A stretch of DNA of 58,396 nt, taken from Patescibacteria group bacterium (lineage in GTDB: Bacteria; Patescibacteriota; Gracilibacteria; BD1-5; UBA2023). Within the stretch, counting starts at the first letter, position 1. The number at the start of each line of letters is the position of its first letter. Both the position numbers and the translations under genes were made by a program. The DNA is taken from contig JAVHPT010000078.1 in NCBI GenBank assembly GCA_036170735.1, positions 1 to 58,396 on the forward strand, in the 5' to 3' direction. This document shows positions 1 to 11,582 of this stretch, one piece after another. The notes under the pieces are model-generated. The model was not told the DNA's origin. It made no database searches and saw only the letters and a program-made list of their open reading frames with translations.

Positions 1-361
1 CCAAAAGTTTTTCATATTTCTCCATCGGTGTCAGGTATTTAATTCCTCCGTGTGGTCTCTTGCAGTTGTAAAAGGTAAGCCAGTCCATAAATCTCATATT
101 GAAATCCTTGTGCGAGGTAAAAGTATGCTTGTAGAAGAAGTTATCGTTTATGAGTCTCCAAAATCTTTCTCTCTTTCCATTGGTTTGTGGTCTTCGTACT
201 CTGGTGTATTTGTGGATGATATTCAGTTTTTGTAGCATTACCTCAAAACTATGGAGATGCCGTGATTCCTTGAGATGTGTCGTAAATTCAAGTCCATTGT
301 CTGAGAGAAGTTTCTTGATAGTAATGCCTCTGTTTAAAAACCATTTGTAGGTTCGTCTCAT
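1..361 (-). pseudogene. 5'-truncated DDE transposase/integrase fragment (rve core, IS481/IS3-like); 3' end runs off the window
   Basis: Minus-strand translation from ATG at 361 gives MRRTYKWFLNRGITIKKLLSDNGLEFTTH...RVRRPQTNGKRERFWRLINDNF...YNCKRPHGGIKYLTPMEKYEKLL. This is the C-terminal half of an rve catalytic core (D in SDNG, E in NGKRERF). An in-frame TAA at 383-385 precedes the ATG, so the HTH and first catalytic D are missing. Confidence 0.7.
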
Positions 362-379
362 AAATATAGAATGACTTCT

Positions 380-456
380 ATTTTACTCCAAATCCATTAT
401 TTTGGTGAAATGGTATCTAAAGTGTTGCGTTTTTAGAATGTAGGATACTTATATTA
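380..456 (+). repeat. Copy A of an ~80-bp inverted repeat pair (partner at 6453-6533)
   Basis: attttactccaaatcca..tttggtgaaatggtatctaaagtgttgcgt..tagaatgtaggata matches the reverse complement of 6453-6533. The core atggtatctaaagtgttgcgt is identical over 21/21 nt. The copy abuts the truncated transposase and lies just upstream of uvrC. Confidence 0.8.
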
Positions 457-505
457 TATAAGACGACCACTTGCTCTTTCATGCTTTTCTTATACAATTC
501 TCTTT

Positions 506-2476
506 GTGAAGAAGTGAATTACAGAACATCTTGAAAATATCCTCCAGAACCTCCCAAGAATTCCTTGAGTCTATCAGATGAAGGATAAGGATGGGAAGGT
601 TATCTATGTTGGGAAAGCGAAAGATCTAAAGAGTCGAGTAAAATCATACTTTCTCCGAACAGAGAATCTTTCAGTCGCCAAATATCAGATGGTAGGTAAG
701 ATTGCTGATATTGAGATTATAACGTGCCAGACTGAGGTAGAGGCACTTATGCTTGAGACTAATATTATCAAACATCTCTCACCGAAGTACAATATCCTCA
801 TGAAGGATGATAAGAATCTTGCCTATATCAAGATTACCGATTCCCCTATTCCTGAAGTTATCAAGACACGACAGAAGATCCCTGATAAGGGAGAATATTT
901 TGGTCCATATACTTCGGCTGTGGAGATTTCACTTCGTGAATTGAAGAGGCTCTTTCGTGTAAGAAATTGTCGGGTGAAGTTTGCCTCCAGAGAAAGGAAA
1001 GAAGATAAGAAATCTCCCAATAATCCAATAGCTCAACAACCAAACATTCAGATTATTGATAAAGCAGGAAGGACCATCCCTTGTATGGACTACTATATCT
1101 GAATTTGTCCATGACCATGTATCCTTGCTGAAGAAAAAATTATTCTCCACTCACAAAATATTGCTATGCTTCGAAATTTCCTCTTATGAGACACGAAAGA
1201 GATTTTTGAACATCTTGAGATAGACATGAAACAAAAGGCAAAAGAAATGAAGTTTGAAGAAGCTGCTCAGATAAAGGAAAAACTGCATGCTCTTCATATT
1301 CTCCATGAAAGACAAAATGTCCGTGATATAGTGGATGGTGATATTGATATATTTGTATTGTATGATAAGTATGAAAAGACATATATCTGATTTACACAGG
1401 TTCGATATGGTCAGATTATAGGGGTTTTCCGTTACGAAGTAAAAGTGGGAATAGATACGTATGATGATATACTCTGACAATTTCTCGTGAACCAATATTC
1501 TACAGAAGATATACCAAAAACACTTCTCTGTTCAAGAGAAGTTGAAGATGAAGCTCTTTTACTATTTCTTTCCGAAAAAGGTATTTCGCTCGAAGTTCCG
1601 AAGATTGGTCCGAAAAAGAATCTTGTTGATTTTACACTTCAGCAAGTTCGAGAGTATGCCTATAAGAAGGAGCTCTCAACTCTCGAAAATAAGACCTTGA
1701 ATCGTGAGCATATGATACATGTTCTTACTCGTCTTGGTTTTGATGTTCCAAAGAAGTGAGAAATCGTCTTTGAATGTTATGATATATCCCATACAGATTG
1801 ACATTTTACTTATGCTTCTCGGGTTGTGATTGTAAATGGAAAACCAGACCTGTCTCATTATAAGAAATATAAAGTCAAAACCCTTAAAGATGGGAAGATA
1901 GATGATTTTGCTTCTCACAAAGAGGTTATGAAGAGGCGTACTATCGAGGGAATGGAGCTCAATAATCTTCCAAACCTCATTATTATTGATGGGGGGAAAG
2001 GACAACTATCAAGTGCGATGGCAGGAATCAGAGAGGGAATGTTGGAATGGCAAATGAACGAGGCTTCCACCATTCCGGGGCAAATCCGGAATCCAGAGAA
2101 TAAAAAGTGAATTTCTGAAGAGGATCTTTACAAGATCGCCATCTGCTCTATTGCCAAACGAGAAGAAGAAATATTTTTGCCTAATCAAAAAGATCCGATT
2201 ATTCATGGAAAATGAACTCCTGAACTTATGGTTCTTCAGAGGGCTCGTGATGAAGCTCATAGGTTCTCAATAAATGCAAATAAAGCTGCCCGTATGAAAA
2301 GTATGAGAAAGAATATCCTCGAAGAACTTCCATGAATATGACCTGTGACAAGAAAGAAACTTCTCAACATCGCTGGTAGTATTGACATGGTAAAAAATAT
2401 TTCTCTTGAAGAAATAAAGAAAATCGTTACAAAGAGTCAGCTTCAGATTTTAATAGACCATTGAATTTACCAATAA
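506..2476 (+). CDS. uvrC: Excinuclease ABC subunit C
   Basis: One frame joins track ORFs 578-1102, 1487-1759 and 1826-2110 through TGA codons. Motifs: GIY-YIG N-terminus LPRIP-G-VYQMKDKDGKVIYVGKAKDLKSRV, CMDYYI-G-ICP-G-PC, ECYDISHTD-G, IIDGGKGQL, RDEAHRF, and C-terminal HhH LP-G-I-G-PVTRKKLL. Start is GTG at 506 (ATG at 578 is the alternative); stop is TAA 2474-2476. Confidence 0.95.
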
Positions 2477-3459
2477 TGTATATCCTTGCCTTTGAGACAT
2501 CCTGTGATGACACTTCTGTTGCAATTATGAAGGATAGTCAATGTATAGCTCTCTCAACACGGACACAGCTTGAACATGATATAACAGGTGGTGTTGTGCC
2601 AGAGGTAGCGGCTCGTAGCCATGCAAACGCTATATTTCCTTGTATTGATGATGTCCTTGTTGAAGCTCAGGTTTCACTTTGAGAGATTGACATGGTTGCT
2701 TGTACAGAGAAACCAGGACTCTTGCCGTCACTTCTTACTGGTATGACAGTTGCAAAGACTTTTGCACTTTCGCTTCATAAGCCACTTATCTGGATTGATC
2801 ATATCGAAGCTCATATGTTTGCGAATCTTCTGGATCGCGATTTATCTGAATTCACATTTCCTTCCGTTGTTCTGACAGTTTCTGGAGGTCATACTGAGGT
2901 ATATCTCTGGAAGTCTCTCTTTGAATTTGAACTTCTTGGACAAACTCGTGATGATGCGGCAGGTGAGGCTTATGACAAGGTTGCAAAGATGCTCTGACTC
3001 GGATTTCCATGAGGTGCCAAGATAGCGGAACTTGCCGAAACATTTCGAAAATCAGCTTCACAAAAAGGGATTGAACAATACTGAAAACTCTTCCCACGAT
3101 CTTTTCTTGAGGAAAATTTACTCGATTTTTCTTTTTCTGGTCTCAAATCTGCTGTAAAGCGATTTATCGACAGTGAGGTATGAAAGCAAAACCCAAAAGA
3201 GGTTATTGCATACGCCTTTGAGGAGGCCGTGATAGATGTTTTGGTAAGGAAACTTTTTCATGCAGCTGACACATATGGAGTTTCTCAAGTTTGTCTTTCT
3301 GGATGAGTGAGTGCGAATACCCATTTACGAGAAAGAGTTTCCCATAAATCAAAGGAAAGAGGTTTTACATTTTATGCTCCGATGAAAAATATATATTCTC
3401 AGGATAATGCTGCAATGGTAGGTATTCGAGCTTATTATGGAATATCAAATAGTAGATAG
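2476..3459 (+). CDS. tsaD: tRNA N6-adenosine threonylcarbamoyltransferase
   Basis: Motifs: [56 protein letters not shown]. The ATG overlaps the uvrC stop (TAATG); stop is TAG 3457-3459. Confidence 0.93.
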
Positions 3460-3546
3460 GAGTTGTCAATGGTTTTTTCCCTTTTGGATTGATTTTTGAG
3501 CCATTCCCTATAAGCTTACGAACAGTTTATTTTTTTATTTTTTTCT

Positions 3547-4518
3547 ATGGTTACGAAAAAGGCTGCAACAGTACGGACTCCAGAAGTTGGAGACGAGTCG
3601 AACTTCTCTTTTACCCATGTAATCCTTGTTATCCTCGTTCTTTTGAATGCTGCTGGACTCTATCTCCTCACGGGAAACTCTTTCTCACTCCCTGGAAGTA
3701 TCTCGATTGATCCAGTAGGCATCAAGAAAGCTATCCTTGAAGTTGAATATGATAAGGCTGGGGGAAAAGAAAATTATGATCTTCTTGCAAAGGCTCAACA
3801 GTTGAGTATGAATGATCCTCAGAATCCTTCGAATCTTGAAGCAATGAAGAAGTATATCGCTTCGTTCGGAACAGGGGGAACAAAGATCAATGCACCAACG
3901 ACTACTACGCCAACATCACCTACTGATAGTGGAGCTGGGACAGTTCTTGATGCAACGAAGATTTCTAAGGTTCTTTCTGATGCGGTAGTTGAAGGAAATA
4001 AGAATGCAGATATCCTCGTTGTTGAGTACTCTGACATGGAGTGTCCATTCTGTATCAAGCAATACCAAGATACTCAACTCTGGAAAAAGCTTCAGGCACA
4101 ATATGGTGATAAGGTAAAATTTGCCTTCAAGAATAATCGTTGAGTAAATCATCCAGGAACAGAGGTGAAGGCTCTCGGTGCTCTCTGTGCACAGAAACTT
4201 GGTGGCGATAAGGCGTACATTTCTTTCTATAACACTGTTATGAAGAATAGTACTCAAGAAGGTGGAGTTTACGCTGTAGCTCGTCTTCCTGATGCAGCAA
4301 AAGCTGCTTGACTTGATTCGAAGAAGTGGCAAGCTTGTATAGATAATAAAGATACTCTTGCACAATTTGCATCACAAACAGCAGAAGCAGAGGGATTTAA
4401 TCTCAAAGGAACACCAGGAACACTTATCCTTAATGTAAAAACTGGAAAGTATTCAACTGTTGAGGGAGCATATCCATATGAGACATTTACACAAAAATTC
4501 GATGAACTTATGAAGTAA
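3547..4518 (+). CDS. Membrane-anchored DsbA-like thioredoxin-fold oxidoreductase
   Basis: The protein has an N-terminal TM segment and a T/P-rich linker, then VVEYSDMECPFCIKQ (CPFC active site). Read-through of 2 TGA codons reaches ...GTPGTLILNVKTGK...ELMK; stop is TAA 4516-4518. Confidence 0.7.
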
Positions 4519-4535
4519 AAAGACTCAAACTTTAA

Positions 4536-4569
4536 GAAAAATCCTCCGAGAACATCGGAGGATTTTTTT
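4536..4569. terminator. Bidirectional rho-independent terminator between convergent genes
   Basis: aaaaa-atcctccga-gaaca-tcggaggat-ttttttt: a 9-bp stem with an A-run on one side and a T-run on the other. It sits between the dsbA-like stop and the methyltransferase stop. Confidence 0.8.
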
Positions 4570-5941
4570 ACTTTCTTTGCCAATCTTTCGGAAAGATATT
4601 TGAGATGATTCCATTCTTCCTTTGCTCAAGACTTATAGGAACTCCATTAAATTCAATAAGAACATACTCATCTTCTCAGTGACTTTCTATCGTATTACCA
4701 CGAAGATATAGATCGAGTCCTTGTTCATCATGGATTGTATGTCTTATGATATTACTCGTATCAAGAAACCTTCCTGACAAAGCATTTGGGACGAATCTTC
4801 CATTTTGGATATTACCAATATATTCTCCCCATCGCATAGGAAAAATTGATTCCCGGATACTTTCTCCGACTTTTACATTGCTTACGGCGAGGATTTTTCC
4901 TTCATGTTCGAGGAGGGTTATACCTTCTTGTGCTTTCCAATCTCAGAGTCTTCATCGGAAAATCCGAAGAGATGTATTTGATCTTTCCACGAAAGTTTTA
5001 TTGTTCCATCATCTCTTATTTTCACTATCTTCTTCTTTGAGAGAATCAGTTTTTTTGATTTTGGTGACAAAAAATCATCCAGTCTTGTCGATATGTGGCC
5101 AAAATTTTTTCTGGAACGTAATCTCAAACGTTCATGGATATTTTTCCTTCATTGCCTCAATAACTCATTCATTCTCAAGGAGATTCAGTGAACAGGTTGA
5201 ATATATCATCTCGCCTCAGATTTTCAGCGCATGAAGAGAGGCATCAAGGAGTCTTTCTTGAAGTCGACTAATCTGTTTTATATTTTTAATATGCCAATGT
5301 TTTACAGCGTCCGTACCCTTGTAGAGCGTTCATTCTCCACTACATGGAGCATCGAGAAGTATACGATCAAATGTTTCTGGAAATTTCTTCCAATATTGGC
5401 CAGGATATAAGGTAATCCCAACATTTGGTGCACCAATGCGCTCTAGATTATGAAGAAGTTGGGGAATTCTCTCTCGAGTAGGCTCATTTGCGATGATGAA
5501 TGAATTTGGAAAATACTCAGTAAGTTGTGTTGTCTTTCCTCATGGGCTTGCAGCAAGATCAAGAATGAGGAAATTATCTGAAACAATCGTTCTATTTGCT
5601 AAGATATCTACTGGATGAGCCGCGGCGAGTTCCTGGATATAGAAGTTCCCAATCAGGTGATCAAGAGAAAATCCAAGACGTCGCTCAAATGGGGCAAAGT
5701 CTTCCCTTCGGTCAATCGAGAAGACATTGAAGATATTGGTTGGATTCAAGATCCATCCATCATCATTAAGCCGTTCTTTCACTTCATCTACCTTATCGGG
5801 TTTGATACGAATGGTTCGAGGAATTGATTGTTCAATAGTTCTAAGGAATTCTTCCAGTTCTTCGGGTTTTTCCTGAAAGAATGTTTCTCGGAAATATGTT
5901 ACAAAGCGTTCATTAATCATATCTGAATGTAATTTTACCAA
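4568..5941 (-). CDS. RsmB/RsmF-family rRNA cytosine-C5 methyltransferase (NOL1/NOP2/Sun)
   Basis: I translated the full frame. Motifs: LDLAASP-G-GKTTQL (SAM site), ILLDAPCSGE-G-T, I-G-GEMIYSTCSL. The TTG start at 5941 overlaps the smpB stop (ATG alternative 7 codons in); stop is TAA 4568-4570. Confidence 0.8.
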
Positions 5942-6384
5942 ATTTTTCGAGTTTCTCTCTCAATATCCCGTTCTTTTAGGAGATTTTTCTTCTCCCATTT
6001 CTTTCGTCATTTTGCGAGAGCAACACGAACCTTGAAGAGATTTCACTTGCTATAGATCTCTATCGGAATGATCGTTGCTCCCATGTCTTTGACTTTCTGT
6101 GCGAGTTTGAGGATTTCCCTTTGTGATAAGAGGAGAAGGCGTTCGCGTTTTGGTTCGATTTTTGTCGCGGAATTATTTTTATACTCTGCTATATGACACC
6201 CGACGAGGATAGGTCGACCAGAATGAATGGTGATGTATGCTCATTTGAGATTGACTTGTCAGGCGCGAACACTTTTTACCTCTGGGCCGTAGAGTACAAT
6301 ACCAGCTTCAAATTCCTCTATAATCTCATAATCAAAGAGGGCTTTCCGATTCTCGGAAATAGTAGTATTTCACTTGCTTCACAT
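5935..6384 (-). CDS. smpB: SsrA-binding protein
   Basis: [51 protein letters not shown]...[13 protein letters not shown]...ALAK-G-RKKWEKK; 149 aa; stop is TAA 5935-5937. Confidence 0.93.
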
Positions 6385-6452
6385 GGGCGGGATTATATGA
6401 AATTATAGGAAAAAGTCTATTTTTTACAAGAAAGTAAGGAATATACTTGTCA

Positions 6453-6533
6453 ATATATATCTCATACATTCTAGCATCGGACGCAACACTTTAGATACCA
6501 TCTTACCAAACTGGATTGGATCTGGAGTAAAAT
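6453..6533 (-). repeat. Copy B of the ~80-bp inverted repeat pair (partner at 380-456)
   Basis: The reverse complement reads attttactccagatccaatccagtttggtaagatggtatctaaagtgttgcgtccgatgctagaatgtatgagatatat. It lies just upstream of smpB and points inward, as copy A does toward uvrC. Confidence 0.8.
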
Positions 6534-6733
6534 CAACAATTTTCCCCATCAGCTTGCTGCGGGGTTAGTTGAATTCATTATCAGTAAATTTTCATGAAAG
6601 ACGAGTATTAAGTATTTCAAGACAGCCAAAGGACCACTGAACATTAATCCAATTAATTCATCTCTCAAGAGTTCTTAGAACCTCTTTGAGTCGTGGGGTT
6701 AGTTATTAAGATTGTATTCATCTATAGGTGTAT

Positions 6734-7453
6734 CTATAGTATATATCAGAGTTTCTTTAGAGCGTTTCATTGGTTGATAAAATAAGGGCTTGTAGCAATT
6801 GTAATGTAATCTGCTCATGGAAGTAAATTTTGTATGAGTTGTATCTTCTTTTCTTCAGGAATGAAATCAAGTTCAGGAGCAAAGACATCAAGATCAAGAT
6901 TCAAGACACTACTTCATCTGGGTTTATAATTCATATATTCGTCAATCTGTGATTCATTTTCTATGCGAATCATCTTTCCAACCAATCCACTTTGGATTGC
7001 TGGTTGTATATAGTTTCCAACATTACAGGAGAGATTGGTAAAATCCCATGCATATTCCTCATCAGAAATCGCCTTATCAAGATTGAGAATATTCTTATTC
7101 TCCCAGAGATCGGAGTGTTCATCGATGTGGATGAGCTCGAATCATGGATGCAGAATTCATCTTCTCATCGCTTCAATCCAAAAATAGAGAGCGTGATTGT
7201 GATTATCGAAAATGATGATTGGTCTTGAATTTATCTGAACAAAATGCTTCAATCCAACACAAGATCTCAGCTTTCCATCTTCTATTTCTTCAAAGACAAC
7301 CTCATCGCCAATTTGTACGTCAGAAATATCTCCTCTGATAAGACTGGGAATAAAGAGAGTAGGCGGATATCAGTATTTTTCTTCTCGTTCTTTCCATGCA
7401 AAAGAGTTATTTCAAGAGCATCCTTGTAGTGTTCGTGGAATACTATAATCCAT
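6734..7453 (-). CDS. UPF0489-like protein (tentative)
   Basis: 239-aa read-through ORF, checked codon by codon. It contains IIIFDNHNHALYFW, LIHIDEHSDLW and NLDLDVF, which resemble UPF0489 family motifs. The ATG at 7453 overlaps the upstream kinase gene by 11 nt. Confidence 0.5.
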
Positions 7454-7985
7454 GAATATATGATATTACAATATCAAAAACTTCTTCGGGTGTTATTTTA
7501 CTCGTATCAACTACAAGATCGTAGAGGGACATATCATAGATGTGGAGACTGTAATACTTCATATATCGATCATTCTCACTTTGGCGTCGGATCTTGATAT
7601 TTTCTATGGCGTGCTCAATAGTCTCATGACTTTCGACACCTGTACGACTTTGATCCTCGAATATCCTCTTTGCTGCCTCTTCAGGATCAACCGTAAGAAA
7701 GATCTTGATTCCATGAGGAATAAAATGAAAAGCAAGCCGACCGTCAATGATAAAATTATTTTCGTTTTTTCAAAGCGCAACCTGCCTATCATCAAGGATT
7801 TTATCGATAATACCTCCATCACTTTCAGCTTCTCTTCAGAGATCAATTAGAGAGATTCATCGTTCCATAGCAAACTCTCGCATAAAATCTCCAGTTGAAT
7901 ATCTTTTATATTCGAGTGCATCTGCAAGGCGTTTTCAGAGTGTACTCTTTCCGGCACCGTGATGTCAACCAAGGGTAATAATCAT
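7443..7985 (-). CDS. Cytidylate kinase-like P-loop NMP kinase
   Basis: MIITLG-G-HHGAGKSTL-G-KRLADAL (Walker A); 180 aa; ...NFIIDGRLAFHFIPHGIKIFLTVDPEEAAKRI...; the frame was checked for TAA/TAG. Confidence 0.6.
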
Positions 7986-8020
7986 AGGGATAGTATAAAG
8001 AATTTCAGAAATCTTCAATA

Positions 8021-9934
8021 TTACTTATGTATATTCGAAGAATAAATCTCTTCTTCGGTGGGTGGCGTATAAAAGTCTTCAGCATAGTATACATGATCGA
8101 GGATTCGACTTTTTGGAGATGTGGTCTTTTTCGAGTATTGTATTTCCTTCTGGAAACACCTTAAGTCAAGACAGATGGGTATCTCTTGAACTCATTCTGG
8201 TTCTTTAGATTCGGTTTTATAAATCATGTGATGTTCTATCATATATTCTGCAATTCGGTGCCAGAGGGGTCATGCACCACTGACTCATGAGACATCTTCC
8301 ATGGGTGTAGCATCGTTGTTTCCTACCCAAACTCAGATGATAGCATTGGGATAGTAGGATATTGTCCAGTTATCTCGAAAGTCTGTACTTGTTCCTGTTT
8401 TTACTGGAAGGGGGATAGAAGTATTGAGAATACTCGAGATTCCAAAGGTTTTTGCTCTGTTTTGCGGATCTTTCAAAATCTCTCCTATAAGAAATACATC
8501 TTTATCTGTTGTTCAGAGAAGATGAGAAAAGGAATCAACAACATTCTCAAGTGTGAGCTCAACCGTTCCAATAGAGATACCATAGCCATAATATCAAGCA
8601 TCGTGATCGAGATCAAGACCATTTTGACGAAAAAAATCATAGATTTTCCCAATGCCGATTTTTTCAGATATTCGTACTGTTGCTGCATTGAGTGAATTCC
8701 CGAGAGCCTCTCTTAGACGAATTGGTCCATATGATTTTGGAACATAATTCTGAGGGACAAAAACCTTTTCATCATACCCGGTAGGGTATTGTTGCAGATC
8801 ATCCATAACTAGACTCTCAGGATCTGCTCATTCATGGAGAGCAAGGAGGTACACAAAAGGTTTCAATATAGATCACACGGAACGTCGTCGAGTTATCATG
8901 TCTACCGCATTAGTTGTTGTATCTCCTCCAGGGCGGCCAGAGACGTAAGCAAGAACCTTCTTCTCAGTTGGATTATATATATAGACAGCTCCATTGGTAA
9001 CATTTTTTTCTCAGAGGGGTTTCAATACCCCATCAAGTGTAGAGGATATGAATTGCATGAGCCTTCCATCAATAGAGAGATAGAGTGTTTGAGAGTTTGA
9101 TTCACAGAGATTGCTTGGGATCTTTATGGTAAATTTCTCAAGTTCTTGCCTGTTCCCAGCACAGTATTCTTGGATTCATTTTTCAATCCTTCCGGTCAAA
9201 AGAGGAAAATCATCATTATACGTAGTTCGGGAATGTTCTAGGATGGAGCTCTTTCATGTGGATATACCAAGACGTGTAGCAATGAGATTGCGATAGTTTA
9301 GCACGTCATCTATATTTCATTCATTTACATTTGGTGAGTGAATGCGGGTAACGATATCAAGGATCTCATCATTGGTAAGATCTCCATAGCTTCTTCCAGG
9401 AAAATATGATGCAAGAGCGCTTCAGAGCCCGTAGATCTTATTTCAGAAGTAGAGGGAATCGAGGTATTTATGGAGAACCTCATCTTTACTGAAAGAAGTT
9501 TCGATGAAAAGAGCTCCAATGGATTCCCTCATCTTTTGCACGATGGTCCTGTCGGATCATGCAAAATAAGCATTTTTGATATATTGTTCTGTCAATGTCG
9601 AACCTCCACGAACAACACTTCCAGCCTGGAGATCTTCCCAGACGCTTCCGAGTTTTGCTTGTATATTTACGCCACTATGTTTATAGAATCGAGCATCCTC
9701 AATAGTGAGGATATCTTGTATGAGAGGGATATCAAGACTTCCAGAATAGGGGATCATATATCATCATACTTTCCCTTTTTCTGTTATCTTTATTCCATTC
9801 CTATCAAAAAGAGTGAGGCTCCCATATTCCACAAATGGAGTATGAGTAACGGAAATAATAGTATCTCCTATGAAAAGTATAGAAGAAGCACACACGGCAA
9901 TACAGAATATGAAGAGAAACTTTCACATATCCAT
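8021..9934 (-). CDS. Class A penicillin-binding protein (transglycosylase + transpeptidase)
   Basis: The protein has an N-terminal TM segment. The GT51 motifs are EDARFYKHSGV and RGGSTLTEQYIKN. The transpeptidase motifs are RRRSV-G-SILKPFVY (SxxK), GNSLNAA (SxN) and VKTGTSTDFRDNW (KTG). 637 aa; the frame was checked. Confidence 0.9.
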
Positions 9935-10176
9935 GAGTATAGGAGAAAAGAAAAATTTGACAAAATGTTTTTCTCTATATAATGCACCCACTTCTATCGC
10001 AGACAGTAGGGAGGCCAATAGGTCATAATTCCTACCGAGATGGACAGATTCAGTTTAGAGTTCAAAGTTCAGAAATCCTCTGGAACCCCCAACTTTTAAC
10101 CGAAATTGTTCGTGCGATAAGCGCGATTTTTTTTCGCTTTTCGTCAGAAGTACCTACTTTTTAATCATTATTGTTT

Positions 10177-10908
10177 ATGGCTGTTTCTAAAGCTAAGAAA
10201 TCTGAACAAATTGCTGCTCTTGAGACACATATCAGGTGCGCAACAAGTGTTGGATTCACTTCTAATCAGAAGATAACTGCTCTTGAGGTTTCTGCTCTCA
10301 AGCGGGATCTTCGTGCACAGAATGCAATATTTCTCACTGTAAAGAAGACTCTTATTCGTATCGTATTCAAAAATATTCACAATATCGAACTCGATCTCGA
10401 AACCCTTCCTGGTCAAGTTGCTCTTGTTATCGCAAAGGGTGATGCTATCGCTCCACTCGGGGTAGCAAACAAGTATTCAAATGAATGGAAGAAAGAAGAG
10501 AAAATGGTATTTGTCGGTGGTTTTCTCGAAGGTCGTCTTATGGACAGTGTTGAGATAAAGAAGCTCTCAAGTCTCCCTTCTCGTGAAGTACTTCTTGCCA
10601 AACTCCTTGGTTCTATGATGTCTCCTCTTTCTGGTCTTGCTCGATTCTTCAATGCAGCAAAGAAAGACCTTGAAGGAAAAGGTCTTGCAAAAGTTGGAGA
10701 TCTTCCATCTGAAGCTCCAGCAAAGAAAGAAGAAACACCAAAAGCAGAGACTGTTGCAGCTCCAGAATCTTCAACCCCTGTAGTTGAAACCCTGGTAGAG
10801 GCTCCAGTTGCCGAAACTCCAGCAGAGACCACTCCAGAGGTTTCTGTAGAAGAAACTCCAGTTGCTACAAATGAAGAAGTAAAAACAGAAGAGGCTCCAG
10901 CAGCGTAA
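10177..10908 (+). CDS. rplJ: Ribosomal protein L10 with a long acidic/Pro-Thr-rich C-terminal extension
   Basis: MAVSKAKKSEQIAALETHI...ITALEVSALKRDLRAQNAIFLTVKKTL...; the tail is EAPAKKEETPKAETVAAPESSTPVVETLVEAPVAETPAETTPEVSVEETP...; there is no in-frame TGA. Confidence 0.9.
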   Translation: MAVSKAKKSEQIAALETHIRCATSVGFTSNQKITALEVSALKRDLRAQNAIFLTVKKTLIRIVFKNIHNIELDLETLPGQVALVIAKGDAIAPLGVANKYSNEWKKEEKMVFVGGFLEGRLMDSVEIKKLSSLPSREVLLAKLLGSMMSPLSGLARFFNAAKKDLEGKGLAKVGDLPSEAPAKKEETPKAETVAAPESSTPVVETLVEAPVAETPAETTPEVSVEETPVATNEEVKTEEAPAA

Positions 10909-10920
10909 TGGGTTCCTTTT

Positions 10921-11029
10921 ATCACTCCGTAGGAGTCCCTATCAAATTCATCTTAAGAGATTTTGATAGTTTCCTTCTCATAAGTGCAGGCAAAAGCGAT
11001 TCCTCCGCTTTGCTCGGAATGACAAAAAT
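10921..11029 (-). repeat. Mosaic intergenic repeat, locus E (reverse orientation)
   Basis: tcactccgtaggagtccct...cttaagagattttg...aaaagcgattcct...ggaatgacaaaaa is about 80% identical by eye to 12021-12139. The ends are the reverse complement of the tttttgtcattcc / tcctacgga modules seen at the other loci. Confidence 0.8.
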
Positions 11030-11187
11030 AAAACTGATTCTCGTTTCACATCCTATTCGCCACGGCGGATAGGTGCGAGGTGAAAATCTCGAAGGAGCAT
11101 ATTCGTCGTTTCGTTTCTTTGTTTTTCGATGAAACGAATAAACGATAGAACGAATATACATTATTTATTTTCTTATTTTTTTCTATT

Positions 11188-11565
11188 ATGACTGATCTTA
11201 CAAAAAATGCAGAAAAGATTCTCGAGCTCGTAGAAGGTCTTACGATCGTTGAGCTTGCTGATCTCGTCTCTGCTATGGAGGAGAAATTCGGAGTTTCTGC
11301 TGCTGCTCCAGTTGCAGTAGCTGCTGCTGGTGCTGCTGGTGCTGCTGAGGAGGAGAAATCTTCATTTGATGTTGTTATGACATCTGCAGGTGGACAAAAG
11401 ATCGCCGTTATCAAGGTTATTCGTGAGATCACTGGTCTTGGACTCGGCGAGGCAAAGGCTCTTGCTGACAATGGTGGTGATATCAAGAAGGGAGTGAAGA
11501 AAGATGAGGCTGAGAAAATCAAGACTCAACTTTCTGATGCTGGTGCTACCGTTGAAATCAAGTAA
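11188..11565 (+). CDS. rplL: Ribosomal protein L7/L12
   Basis: [41 protein letters not shown]...[24 protein letters not shown]...ATVEIK. Confidence 0.97.
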   Translation: MTDLTKNAEKILELVEGLTIVELADLVSAMEEKFGVSAAAPVAVAAAGAAGAAEEEKSSFDVVMTSAGGQKIAVIKVIREITGLGLGEAKALADNGGDIKKGVKKDEAEKIKTQLSDAGATVEIK

Positions 11566-11582
11566 TTGAATCTCAATACAAG

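Noticed and set aside
6385-6733. I looked for a tmRNA (ssrA) or tRNA gene next to smpB. I also looked for tRNA-Trp upstream of secE (17032-17220).
   Set aside because: There is no GGTTCGAATCC-type T-arm, no acceptor/CCA-like 3' end and no tag-peptide reading frame. I found no cloverleaf-compatible segment anywhere in the window.
9935-10176. I considered the 60-aa ORF at 9982-10164 and a possible L10-leader RNA upstream of rplJ.
   Set aside because: The ORF has no recognisable features and sits in the divergent PBP/rplJ promoter region. I could not identify the kink-turn or L10-binding mimic by eye, and the weak GC stem plus T-run at 10120-10140 is not convincing. It is left unannotated pending an Infernal scan.
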